The notes under the pieces: generated by a model | Told to the model about the DNA's origin: nothing | Seen by the model: the letters and a program-made list of their open reading frames with translations, nothing else | The model's database searches: none | Shown here: in pieces, positions 31,444-40,584 of the stretch | How the letters are laid out: every line of letters starts with the position of its first letter | Position numbering within the stretch: the stretch's first letter is position 1 | Translations under genes and position numbers: made by a program | Origin: Roseovarius sp. | Lineage (GTDB): Bacteria; Pseudomonadota; Alphaproteobacteria; Rhodobacterales; Rhodobacteraceae | DNA length: 50,583 nt | Direction: 5' to 3' | Assembly (NCBI GenBank): GCA_024636515.1 | Contig: JAGXGX010000147.1 | Span: 1 to 50,583 of the forward strand

Positions 31444-32892
31444 ATGACCAAGATCGAGCAACGCCATGAGGGAATGCGCATCGGCGGTGAAATCGTCTTT
31501 ACCGACGATGTCATTGAGGTGCTCTATCCCTACACCGATGAGGTCGTGGGCACCGTCCCGGCGGGCAATGCCGAGCATGCGCGCCGCGCGTTTGAGATCG
31601 CGGCAAATTACAAGTCAACGCTGACCCGTTACGAGCGCAGCCAGATCCTGACCCGCGCAGGCCAGCTGATCGGCGAAAAGCGCGAATATTTGGCAAAGTG
31701 GCTGACGCTGGAGCTGGGCATCTGCCATCAGCACGCCATTTACGAGACGAAGCGCGCGCAGGATGTCTACCAGTTTGCCGCAGGTCAGGCGCTGATCGAC
31801 GACGGCGAGATTTTCTCGTGCGACCTGACGCATAATGGCAAGGCGCGCAACATCTACACCATGCGCGAGCCGGTGCGCTGCATTAGCGCAATTACGCCGT
31901 TCAACCACCCGCTGAACATGGTCAGCCACAAGATCGCGCCATCCATCGCTACGAACAATTGCATGGTCTGCAAGCCGACCGAGCTGACGCCGCTGACCGC
32001 GATTGCGCTGGCCGACATCCTCTATGAGGCCGGCCTGCCGCCCGAGATGTTTCAGATCGTCACCGGCCTACCTGGCGATATCGGGGACGAGATGATCACC
32101 AACGAGCATATTGATATCATCACATTTACCGGCGGCGTCCCGGTGGGCAAGATGATCGCTAGCAAAGCAGGCTATAAACGCCAAGCGCTGGAGCTGGGCG
32201 GGAACGATCCGCTGATCATCTGCAACGACCTGTCTGATGCCGATCTCGACAAGGCCGCAACCATCGCGGTCGCAGGCGCGACGGGCAACTCCGGCCAGCG
32301 TTGCACCGCGATTAAGCGTATTTTGGTGCAGGAATCGGTCGCGGACCGCTTTGTCCCGCTGGTGCTGGAAAAGGCCAAGGCGATCCGCTTTGGTGACCCG
32401 CAAGACCCGGAAACACAGCTGGGCTGCGTGATTCACTCCAAGGCCGCCGAGATTTTTGAAAACCGTGTTCTGGATGCTGAAAAGCAGGGCGCCAAGATCC
32501 TCTATCATCCCAAGCGGCAAGGCGCGCTACTGCCCCCCATTGTCGTCGATTATGTGCCTCACGACAGCGAGCTGGTGATGGACGAGACGTTTGGCCCCAT
32601 TATTCCCATCGTGCGCGTGCCCGATGATGATGCCGAGGTGATGCGGATCTCGAACTCCACCCCCTTTGGCCTGTCGTCCGGCGTCTGCACCAACGATCTG
32701 AACCGCGCCATTGCCTATATCAACGGGCTGAATGTAGGCACCTGCAACATCTGGGAACAGCCCGGTTACCGGATTGAGATGTCGCCCTTCGGCGGGATCA
32801 AAGATAGCGGGAATGGCGTCAAGGAAGGCGTCATCGAGGCGATGAAGTTTTTTACTAATGTCAAAACATACTCGCTTCCTTGGCCGGTATAA
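31444..32892 (+). CDS. phnY: Phosphonoacetaldehyde dehydrogenase
   Basis: [46 protein letters not shown]; directly after phnA. Confidence 0.94.
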   Translation: MTKIEQRHEGMRIGGEIVFTDDVIEVLYPYTDEVVGTVPAGNAEHARRAFEIAANYKSTLTRYERSQILTRAGQLIGEKREYLAKWLTLELGICHQHAIYETKRAQDVYQFAAGQALIDDGEIFSCDLTHNGKARNIYTMREPVRCISAITPFNHPLNMVSHKIAPSIATNNCMVCKPTELTPLTAIALADILYEAGLPPEMFQIVTGLPGDIGDEMITNEHIDIITFTGGVPVGKMIASKAGYKRQALELGGNDPLIICNDLSDADLDKAATIAVAGATGNSGQRCTAIKRILVQESVADRFVPLVLEKAKAIRFGDPQDPETQLGCVIHSKAAEIFENRVLDAEKQGAKILYHPKRQGALLPPIVVDYVPHDSELVMDETFGPIIPIVRVPDDDAEVMRISNSTPFGLSSGVCTNDLNRAIAYINGLNVGTCNIWEQPGYRIEMSPFGGIKDSGNGVKEGVIEAMKFFTNVKTYSLPWPV

Positions 32893-32910
32893 CCACTCTC
32901 CCTGAGACTT

Positions 32911-32940
32911 GAGGCCCGCTTGTCGGGCCTCTCTTTTTTG
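32911..32940 (+). terminator. Intrinsic terminator after phnY
   Basis: GAGGCCCG-CTTGT-CGGGCCTC-TCTTTTTTG. Confidence 0.75.
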
Positions 32941-32972
32941 ACGCCACAGGCACCCCCAAAGGCGAGGCAACC

Positions 32973-34328
32973 ATGATCCCGATTGTTCACACCGAAGGCG
33001 AATCTAATACCTCGGACGCGCGTCAGGCGTGGCTGAAAAAGTCCATCGGACCGAACTCTGAACCGCTCCTGAGGCGCGACTCGGATGCGTTTTTGCACCA
33101 GAGCCTGAGCAGTCCCTGTGTCAGTACCATCGCCAAGGCCGAGGGCATCTGGATCGAAGACCTCGACGGTCGGCGTTTCATGGATTTTCACGGCAATTCG
33201 CTGCACCATATCGGGTATGGCCATCCGCGCCTCAAAGCCGCCATCGCGGCACAGATGGATGCGCTGCCATTCGCCCCCCGGCGTTTTACCAACGAGCCTG
33301 CGACGCAACTGGCCGAGAAATTGGCCGAAATCGCACCCGGCGATCTGGGCAAGACGCTGTTCACCACGGGCGGATCGGACGCAAACGAGGTGGCGCTGAA
33401 GATCGCGCGCGCGGCAACGGGCCGGTTCAAGACAGTCAGTTTCTGGGACGCCTTCCACGGCGCCGGGATGGGTGCGGCTAGTGTCGGCGGCGAGGCGACA
33501 TTTCGCAGCCATATCGCCGGACCGCTGATACCGGGGGCCGAACATGTTGCGCCCTTCGCCTGCTATCGCTGCCCATATAATCACGCGGGGCCGGACGTCT
33601 GCGGGCTGGCTTGCGCCAAAATGGTGGACTACGTGCTGGAGCGCGAGGGCGATGTCGCGGCCGTCATAGCCGAGCCGATGCGCGCGGTTCCCTACGTGCC
33701 GCCCCCCGGCTTTTGGAAGGCTGTGCGCGAGTCGTGCGACCGCCACGGCGCGCTGCTGATCTTTGACGAGATCCCGACAGGTCTGGGTAAAACGGGCCGC
33801 ATGTTCGCGTTTGAGCATGACGATGTGATCCCCGATATCGTGACGATGGGCAAGGCACTGGGCGGTGGCATCCTGCCAATCGCGGCCTGCGTTGCACGTC
33901 GCGATCTGGACGTCTGCGGTGATTTTGCCATCGGGCATTACACGCATGAGAAAAACCCGGTGACCGCTCGCGCGGCGCTGACCACGTTGGAAATCATTGA
34001 GGACGAGAGCCTTGTCGAGCGTTCGGCCGAGCTGGGCGATTACGCGATGAACCTCCTGCGCGACCGCTTGGACGGCTGCCGCATCGTTGGCGATATTCGG
34101 GGACGCGGCCTGATGTTTGGCGTCGAGATCGTGCAGGAACGCGAGGGTAAGACCCCCGGAAATGCGTTGGCGGAAGGTATCTATTACGCCTGCCTCGACG
34201 CTGGCCTCAGCTTCAAGATATCCCAAGGCTGCGTGCTGACCCTGTCGCCGCCCCTGACCATCCCCAAGGATGATCTGGACCGCGCGCTGGACATTGTCGT
34301 GACGGCGATCCGGGACGCAGCAAGCTGA
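32973..34328 (+). CDS. pbfA: Class-III PLP enzyme, probable (R)-1-hydroxy-2-aminoethylphosphonate ammonia-lyase
   Basis: HTEGESN, FLHQSLSSPC, DFHGNSLHHIGYGHP, FWDAFHGA, DEIPTGLGKTG, HYTHEKNP; located in an AEP cluster. Confidence 0.8.
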   Translation: MIPIVHTEGESNTSDARQAWLKKSIGPNSEPLLRRDSDAFLHQSLSSPCVSTIAKAEGIWIEDLDGRRFMDFHGNSLHHIGYGHPRLKAAIAAQMDALPFAPRRFTNEPATQLAEKLAEIAPGDLGKTLFTTGGSDANEVALKIARAATGRFKTVSFWDAFHGAGMGAASVGGEATFRSHIAGPLIPGAEHVAPFACYRCPYNHAGPDVCGLACAKMVDYVLEREGDVAAVIAEPMRAVPYVPPPGFWKAVRESCDRHGALLIFDEIPTGLGKTGRMFAFEHDDVIPDIVTMGKALGGGILPIAACVARRDLDVCGDFAIGHYTHEKNPVTARAALTTLEIIEDESLVERSAELGDYAMNLLRDRLDGCRIVGDIRGRGLMFGVEIVQEREGKTPGNALAEGIYYACLDAGLSFKISQGCVLTLSPPLTIPKDDLDRALDIVVTAIRDAAS

Positions 34329-34345
34329 CACTGACTGTCAGCCTC

Positions 34346-35164
34346 ATGGTGCTCTGCGCCGCGCTGCTTCATGCACTGTGGAATGCGGTAATGAAGGGCG
34401 CGCGGGACCGCGCGCTGACCTCGGGCCTGATCTGCGTGGGGCAAGCGGCGTTTGGTCTGGTGCTCGCAATCTATTCGCCCTTCATGTCTTGGGACGCGGT
34501 GCCGTGGCTGATCGCGTCCATCGTCATTCACTGGGGCTATTTCTATCTGCTGAACGTCGCCTACGGGCTGGGCGATCTCAGCCTTATCTACCCCATTTCG
34601 CGCGGCCTTGCCCCCCTACTGGTGGCCTTAGGCGCGCAATTTTGGGTGGGCGAGGTGCTGCCGGGCTACGCATGGGCGGGGATCTTGGCGATCAGCGTCG
34701 GCATCTCAGTGTTGGCCGCCCCCGTTTTGCGCGGCGCGCTGCCGTTGGCCGGTGTCATGGCCGCGATCAGCGTCGGGGTGATTGTAGCCAGCTATACGCT
34801 GGTCGACGGGATGGGCGTGCGGGCAGCGGGCAATCCGGTGGCCTATATCGGGTGGGTGTTTATCGGCAACGTGACGGTGGCGATGTACATATTTCCCACG
34901 CGCATGGCACGGCTGCGCGCCCTACCTGCCAAGACCATCGCGCTGGCGTTGCTGGGCGGGGTCATATCAGGCTGCGCCTATGGCTTGGTTCTATATGCCA
35001 AGACATTGGCACCCCTTGGCCTCGTGTCGGCACTGCGCGAGACGTCGGTGATCTTTGCGGCAATGATTGGCGTGTTATGGTTTGGCGAGGGGCCGCGCGG
35101 GCGGCGCCTGATCGCGGCGATCATCGTGGCGCTGGGGATCGTGCTGATCGCCGGTCACGGATAG
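34346..35164 (+). CDS. EamA/DMT-family transporter (may start at CTG 34325)
   Basis: AALLHALWNA, GDLSLIYPISRGLAP, YTLVDGMGVR, VSALRETSVIFA; about 10 TM segments. Confidence 0.88.
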   Translation: MVLCAALLHALWNAVMKGARDRALTSGLICVGQAAFGLVLAIYSPFMSWDAVPWLIASIVIHWGYFYLLNVAYGLGDLSLIYPISRGLAPLLVALGAQFWVGEVLPGYAWAGILAISVGISVLAAPVLRGALPLAGVMAAISVGVIVASYTLVDGMGVRAAGNPVAYIGWVFIGNVTVAMYIFPTRMARLRALPAKTIALALLGGVISGCAYGLVLYAKTLAPLGLVSALRETSVIFAAMIGVLWFGEGPRGRRLIAAIIVALGIVLIAGHG

Positions 35165-36162
35165 CGCGCGCCGGGCTGCCCTTGAAGGCGCGGATCGGCA
35201 GATTTGACTGTGACCGGCTTGCCCTCCAGCAACTCACTGCACCGCTCCAAAGTCTCGCGCTCCAGCCTCTCCATCGCCTCGGCTGTGTAGAAGGTCAGGT
35301 GCGGCGACAGGATCACGTTATCCATATCGAAAAGTGGGCTGATGGTGTGCCCGGTGCGGCGCACCGGCTCCTCGCTGAACACGTCCAGCCCTGCGCCCGC
35401 GATCCAGCCCTCCTGCAACGCGCGCACCAGCGCCGCCTCGTCCACGATGGCCCCGCGCGAGACGTTTATCAGATGTGCGTGGGGCTGCATCGCGCGCAGT
35501 TGCGCCTCGCCGATCATGTGCCGACTGCTGTCGTTCAGGACGCAGTGGATACTAATAATATCGCTTTGGGCCAGCAGGTCCTCCAGCGTTTCGGCATGTC
35601 GCACGCCCTCGGCCTCCATCACGCTGGCAGGCGTATGCGGGCTATAGGCCACCACATCGGCGCGAAAACCTTTGCCGCACATGCGCGCCATGCTCCGCCC
35701 GATTTTGCCAAATCCGATGATGCCAATTGTCTTGCCCGCGATGTCGTTGCCCAGCCAGGCAGGCTCGGGCCATGCCCAACCCTCTTGGCGCATCTGGCGG
35801 TCCAGCGGGATCAGGCGTTTGGCCAGCGCGATCATCAGCGTAAATGCGCCTTCGGCCACCGTCTCCTCGGCGTATTCGGGGATGTTCACGACGGTCACGC
35901 CGTGCGCCTTGGCCGCTGGAATGTCGATGGCATCGATGCCGACACCGTATTTGACGATACCGCGCAGGCGCGGTGCTGCCGCAATCACGCGCGCGGTGAT
36001 GGGCGTGTAGCACATCAGCAAGAGGTCTGCGTCCTGCACGGCGGCAATCAGGCTATCCTCATCTATCCCATCTGGCAGCGTGACCAGATCGTGCCCGGCC
36101 GCGCGCAGGGCCGCGTCGGTGATAGGGGTTTGCAACTCGGCATCGGTACGGACGATCTTCAT
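35155..36162 (-). CDS. D-2-hydroxyacid dehydrogenase-family NAD-binding protein (possible PbfF-like HAEP racemase)
   Basis: GVGIDAID, GIIGFGKIG, LINVSRGAIVDE, AGLDVFSEEP, SPHL; AAAGGA RBS 6 nt before ATG36162. Confidence 0.85.
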   Translation of the reverse strand: MKIVRTDAELQTPITDAALRAAGHDLVTLPDGIDEDSLIAAVQDADLLLMCYTPITARVIAAAPRLRGIVKYGVGIDAIDIPAAKAHGVTVVNIPEYAEETVAEGAFTLMIALAKRLIPLDRQMRQEGWAWPEPAWLGNDIAGKTIGIIGFGKIGRSMARMCGKGFRADVVAYSPHTPASVMEAEGVRHAETLEDLLAQSDIISIHCVLNDSSRHMIGEAQLRAMQPHAHLINVSRGAIVDEAALVRALQEGWIAGAGLDVFSEEPVRRTGHTISPLFDMDNVILSPHLTFYTAEAMERLERETLERCSELLEGKPVTVKSADPRLQGQPGARYP

Positions 36163-36172
36163 GCGCAATCCT

Positions 36173-37390
36173 TTAGATTATAGCGGTCTCGACATAGGGT
36201 TTGCCTGCCGTGATCCGCTCGAAATGAAAGGGGCTTAGGTCAAGCGTGCGATAGCCGCCATGCACCAGCCACTCGGCAGTGCCGCGGCCCATTGCAGGCG
36301 CTTGTTGCAGGCCATGGCCGGAAAAGCCGTTGAGAAACAGAAAATTCCTTAGCTCAGGGTGCGGCCCGCAGATGGCGTTTTGATCGAACGTGTTCATCGC
36401 GTAATGCCCGGCCCATTCGCGCAGCACGCGGATCGCCTCGAATTGGGGGATGCGCGCGGCGATGGCTGGCCAGACGTGATCCATCCAGATTTCGTGGTCC
36501 ATATCGAAATCATCCGGATCAACTGCCGGATCAATATGGCTATGCGCGCCCGCCATGTAGGTATCCGCGCCGTCCTGCCGGATATGCACGCCCGACGGAT
36601 CTACTGTCAGCGGCAATTCGCGGCAAAGCGGCTGCGCGGCGGAGAACGTCCAAGTATAGCGTTTGCGCGGCTCAACAGGAATGTCGATGCCCGCCATAGC
36701 GGCGGTGAGCGCGGCGCGCGGGCCCGAGGCGTTAACCAGCTGGCCGCAGGATATTCTGTCACCCGAGGTCAGCGTCACGCCAGTCACGCGCCCTGCGTCG
36801 TGACTGATCTGCGTCACCTCACCGGCCAGAAATTCCACCCCTCGCTCGCGCGCGGAGCGGCGCCACCAGTCAAAGACGGCCATGTAGTCCCAATAACCCT
36901 CATCCTTGGTGTTGATGCTGCCTAGGAGCAAATCGTCCGTTGCATAGAAGGGGTATTCAGCCGCCAACTCCTCTGGCGTCAATAGTCGCGTCTCGGCCCC
37001 CTCGGCGCGCTGCACCGCATGACTGGCGCGCAGGGCATCGGCGCCGACGGCCGTATCTGCCAGATACATATAGCCATAGTTCTGAATTTTTAGCTGCGGT
37101 ACGCGGGGATCGCCCCCCATATAGCCGCGCAAGTTCTGTATGAAATCCGCGCCAAACTGCGAAATACGCACATTCAGCGCGCTGCTAAACTGCTGGCGGA
37201 TGCAGGAGTTCGTATGCGCGGTCGAGCAGTTTGCATAGCTGGGATCGCGGTCGACCACCAGAATACGCCCGTCGAAATCTGGATCGCTGGCGGTAAACCA
37301 CGCCGCCGCTGCGCCCATCATCGCGCCCCCGATGATGATAACGTCATAGGCATCATGCGCGGGGGCGGACACATAGCTGTTAGGGGGCAT
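36173..37390 (-). CDS. FAD-dependent oxidoreductase, DAO/sarcosine-oxidase-like family
   Basis: DVIIIGGAMMG, STAHTNSCIRQQFS, VNASGP, WAGHY, NGFSGHGLQQAPAMGRG. Confidence 0.88.
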   Translation of the reverse strand: MPPNSYVSAPAHDAYDVIIIGGAMMGAAAAWFTASDPDFDGRILVVDRDPSYANCSTAHTNSCIRQQFSSALNVRISQFGADFIQNLRGYMGGDPRVPQLKIQNYGYMYLADTAVGADALRASHAVQRAEGAETRLLTPEELAAEYPFYATDDLLLGSINTKDEGYWDYMAVFDWWRRSARERGVEFLAGEVTQISHDAGRVTGVTLTSGDRISCGQLVNASGPRAALTAAMAGIDIPVEPRKRYTWTFSAAQPLCRELPLTVDPSGVHIRQDGADTYMAGAHSHIDPAVDPDDFDMDHEIWMDHVWPAIAARIPQFEAIRVLREWAGHYAMNTFDQNAICGPHPELRNFLFLNGFSGHGLQQAPAMGRGTAEWLVHGGYRTLDLSPFHFERITAGKPYVETAII

Positions 37391-37513
37391 GATCGGCGTC
37401 TCCTAGCGGCAGTTTGCACTGCGGGTTGCTGCGACTTTCAACAGGCGAACGGCAAAAGGCAAGCCTTGGATGTGGGGTCGGCATAGTCTGTGGTTCAGGG
37501 AGAAAAATGTTTC

Positions 37514-37557
37514 CTGACTGAAAAGGTCAGATTGACATATCCGATGAAAATACTCAG
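37514..37557 (+). promoter_or_regulatory. Iron-Rhodo-box-like operators flanking a TTGACA -35
   Basis: CTGACTGAAAAGGTCAG (37514-37530), TTGACA (37532-37537), CCGATGAAAATACTCAG (37541-37557). Confidence 0.65.
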
Positions 37558-37641
37558 AAAAGAAATCGTACCAGCCAGCTAGATTCGGGTAAGCCCCGGC
37601 CATGGGCAGCCGACGGATGTTCACAGATCAAGGCGCACGCT

Positions 37642-37812
37642 ATGCCAGCCTCGCTACCACACCGCCAAACCGTCGCCACCCCAGCACAATCCGCCGCACC
37701 CCACGGCGCTGCTGAATTTTTGCAACGTTGGCACGAGGGTGGTGGGATCGAGGGCGCGTCCCTTGAGTGGATGCTGGACCGGATGCGCCAAACGCAGGAA
37801 GCCCGGACATGA
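37642..37812 (+). CDS. Small hypothetical protein (56 aa) coupled to hemP
   Basis: MPASLPHRQTVATPAQSAAPHGAAEFLQRWHEGGGIEGASLEWMLDRMRQTQEART; its TGA overlaps the hemP ATG (ATGA). Confidence 0.5.
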   Translation: MPASLPHRQTVATPAQSAAPHGAAEFLQRWHEGGGIEGASLEWMLDRMRQTQEART

Positions 37813-37976
37813 CCCACCAGCCCAAGACAATCCAGATTGACCACTCCGCAGACAGCCTGCCGACGTACGACGCAAGGCATCTGGTGCTGGGCGGCGATCA
37901 GGCCCGCATCGTGTTTGACGACAAGGTGTATAACCTGCGGATAACCCGCGCAGGCAAACTGATCTTGACCAAGTGA
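37809..37976 (+). CDS. hemP: Hemin uptake protein HemP/HmuP
   Basis: C-terminal YNLRITRAGKLILTK signature. Confidence 0.9.
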   Translation: MTHQPKTIQIDHSADSLPTYDARHLVLGGDQARIVFDDKVYNLRITRAGKLILTK

Positions 37977-38074
37977 GCGCGCTCGCCGCCGCCGATTTGC
38001 CCGCCTTAGCGGCAACCCAATAGCTTGGGGGCAAGCGCGCAAACCGACCCAATTCCACCAAAGGACGAAACGTA

Positions 38075-39337
38075 ATGAACCGCCTCTTTTTGAGCACGAC
38101 CGCCATTGTTATCAGCCTGTCGCTGCCGGCCATCGCCGCGACCAAATCCGAGGTGTTGGGCACCTACGCCGCCATCGCCGCCGCCGGATATGAGGATAGC
38201 GCCATCGCCGCGCGCACCCTGCGGCAGGCGGTGCAGATATTGATCGACGCACCCTCAGCAGGCGCGCTGCAGGCTGCGCGCGCCGCATGGCTGGCCGCGC
38301 GCGTGCCCTATCAGCAAACAGAGGTGTTCCGCTTTGGCAATCCCATTGTCGATGATTGGGAGGAGGAGATAAACGGCTGGCCGCTGGACGAGGGGCTGAT
38401 CGACTACGTCGATGCGGCCTATGGCGGTGCGTCCGATGAGAATGGGCTAAAGGCGCTGAACGTTGTGGCGAACCCCAGCTTTGAGTTATCTGGGCGCCAG
38501 ATAGACGCAAGCGCGATAACGCCTGAGTTTCTGTCAGGCACCCTGCACGAGGCCGACGGCAATGAAGCGAATGTCGCCACCGGGTACCACGCTATCGAAT
38601 TTCTGCTCTGGGGGCAGGATCTGAACGGCACGGATCACGGCGCGGGCGCGCGGCCTTGGACGGATTACGGCGCCGGTGATGATTGCACCAACGGAAATTG
38701 CGACCGCCGCGGCGAATATCTGACCGCCGCCACCGATCTGCTGGTTTCCGATCTGGACTGGATGGCGCAGCAATGGGCCGAAGGCGGCGATGCCCGCGCC
38801 GCCGTGACCAAGGATGAGGACGCCGGTATCTCCGCGATGCTGACCGGAATGGGCAGCCTCAGCTATGGCGAACAGGCGGGCGAGCGGATGCGGCTGGGCC
38901 TGATGCTGAACGATCCCGAGGAAGAGCATGATTGCTTCTCCGACAACACCCATAACAGCCATTATTATGACGGCATGGGCGTACAGAATGTCTATCTAGG
39001 CCAGTATATACGCATCGACGGCAGCATGGTGTCGGGTGCATCCCTGTCGGATCTGGTGGCGGAGGACGAGTCCGCGCTCGACACCGAAATGCAGGCCAAG
39101 CTGTCGACGACGATGCGCGCGCTGGGCCGGATCAAGACGGCGGCTGAGGCCGGCACGTCCTACGACCAGATGCTGGCGCGCGGCAATGTGGCGGGCGAGG
39201 CCCTGATTATGGGCGGCGTTGACGGCCTGATCGACCAGACCAAGACGATAGAGCGGATCGTCACGTCGCTGGTCGGCCAAGGTATATCATTTGAGGGGTC
39301 CGATAGCCTCGATGATCCGGACGCAGTGTTCCAGTAA
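38075..39337 (+). CDS. Imelysin-family iron-regulated protein (IrpA-like)
   Basis: Signal peptide; WPLDEGLIDYV, TGYHAIEFLLWGQD (HxxE), EEEHDCFSDNT. Confidence 0.92.
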   Translation: MNRLFLSTTAIVISLSLPAIAATKSEVLGTYAAIAAAGYEDSAIAARTLRQAVQILIDAPSAGALQAARAAWLAARVPYQQTEVFRFGNPIVDDWEEEINGWPLDEGLIDYVDAAYGGASDENGLKALNVVANPSFELSGRQIDASAITPEFLSGTLHEADGNEANVATGYHAIEFLLWGQDLNGTDHGAGARPWTDYGAGDDCTNGNCDRRGEYLTAATDLLVSDLDWMAQQWAEGGDARAAVTKDEDAGISAMLTGMGSLSYGEQAGERMRLGLMLNDPEEEHDCFSDNTHNSHYYDGMGVQNVYLGQYIRIDGSMVSGASLSDLVAEDESALDTEMQAKLSTTMRALGRIKTAAEAGTSYDQMLARGNVAGEALIMGGVDGLIDQTKTIERIVTSLVGQGISFEGSDSLDDPDAVFQ

Positions 39338-39428
39338 ACCCTTTGCCCGCCGTACGCGGCGGCGGGCCAATCCTCAGCCACGCGCGTAGCGCGCCAGCCA
39401 GATCCTTCAGTCACAGAAAGACACGACC

Positions 39429-40448
39429 ATGAAGACACTGGCCCCAGTAGCAGGCGCGCTTGCGCTGATGACCACACCCCCCGCGGCGGCATTGGAATAC
39501 GGATCGCTGATCGCTGAAGTCACAGTCGAGATCGAAAACGACCCGATTTTCAAGTCCACTGATCCGGCGAATGAGATCAGCGATACCTACGCTACGATAG
39601 AGGCCGCCATCACGCTGGCAATTGGCGCATCGTCGTCGTTGAATGCGTCGCTGGTGTTTGAGCCGATCACTGACGCAGCGGATGACCGCTTTTTCGAGGA
39701 TCACGGCCTTTACGCCGAGGAGTTATTCTTCAACCACGATTTTGGCGCGGGTGAGTTGATCTTGGGCAAGTTCAACCCCGCTTTCGGAGTCGCGTGGGAC
39801 GAGGCGCCCGGCATCTTCGGCGCCGACTTTGCCGACGACTATCAACTGACCGAGCAACTGGGCGGCGCGGTTCTGATCCCGTTTGCTATCGGCGCTTCTG
39901 AAAATATCCTCTCGGTCGCCCTCTTCAACGCCGACCGCACGATCCTGTCGGATTCGCTGGGCCGTGTACGCGGGCAAAACAGCATCGCTGCGGGCGGTGT
40001 CGGCAACACGAACGGGCCAGAAAGTATCGTCATCGCGATGAACGGCGCGCTGGGCGACACGGCCTACAACATTGGCGTGCAGCGTCTGGCGCGCGGCGCG
40101 GGCGATACGCATGACCAGACCGGCGCGGTGCTGGGCGTCGCGCATACTTACGATCCGGGTATTCCTGTCTCGCTGCTGGCTGAGGCGGCGTACTACAATG
40201 ATTTTGGCGGCATGGGCGCGTCCGAGCTCTATAGCACAGTCGGCGTTGCCGCACCGATTGGTCCGGTTACAGTATCGGGCACCTACTCGGCGCGGGACGT
40301 CAGCGGCGCGCGCACCGATCATCTGGCCACAGTCTCTGGCGAGATGGAATTGGCGCCGGGGCTTTTCGGCTCGCTTGGTTACCGCTGGGACCGCGAGGGC
40401 GCGGACAAGAACCAGACCATCGGCACGCTCATCAGTTACGAGTTCTGA
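39429..40448 (+). CDS. Putative outer-membrane beta-barrel/porin
   Basis: Signal peptide ending PAAA, amphipathic strands, LGKFNPAFG, C-terminal beta-signal-like LISYEF. Confidence 0.65.
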   Translation: MKTLAPVAGALALMTTPPAAALEYGSLIAEVTVEIENDPIFKSTDPANEISDTYATIEAAITLAIGASSSLNASLVFEPITDAADDRFFEDHGLYAEELFFNHDFGAGELILGKFNPAFGVAWDEAPGIFGADFADDYQLTEQLGGAVLIPFAIGASENILSVALFNADRTILSDSLGRVRGQNSIAAGGVGNTNGPESIVIAMNGALGDTAYNIGVQRLARGAGDTHDQTGAVLGVAHTYDPGIPVSLLAEAAYYNDFGGMGASELYSTVGVAAPIGPVTVSGTYSARDVSGARTDHLATVSGEMELAPGLFGSLGYRWDREGADKNQTIGTLISYEF

Positions 40449-40584
40449 GAAGGCGAAGGTTGGGACAGTCCCGCGCGTGTTTTTCGCCATAGAGTTGCAG
40501 AGGCAGTTGATGACACGCCGCAAAGGGCATAACCATTTGAACAAACAAAATTTGACTGGCTCTGCGGGGCGGGCAAAGGACATC

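Noticed and set aside
32766-34331. 521-aa minus-strand ORF
   Set aside because: Antisense shadow of pbfA with no recognisable motifs.
34378-36183. 601-aa plus-strand ORF
   Set aside because: It overlaps the DMT gene out of frame and is antisense to the dehydrogenase; Arg/Ala/Gly-rich shadow typical of high-GC DNA.
40072-40584. N-terminal extension making the di-haem protein 682 aa
   Set aside because: It overlaps the porin gene; the RBS and signal peptide indicate a start at 40585.
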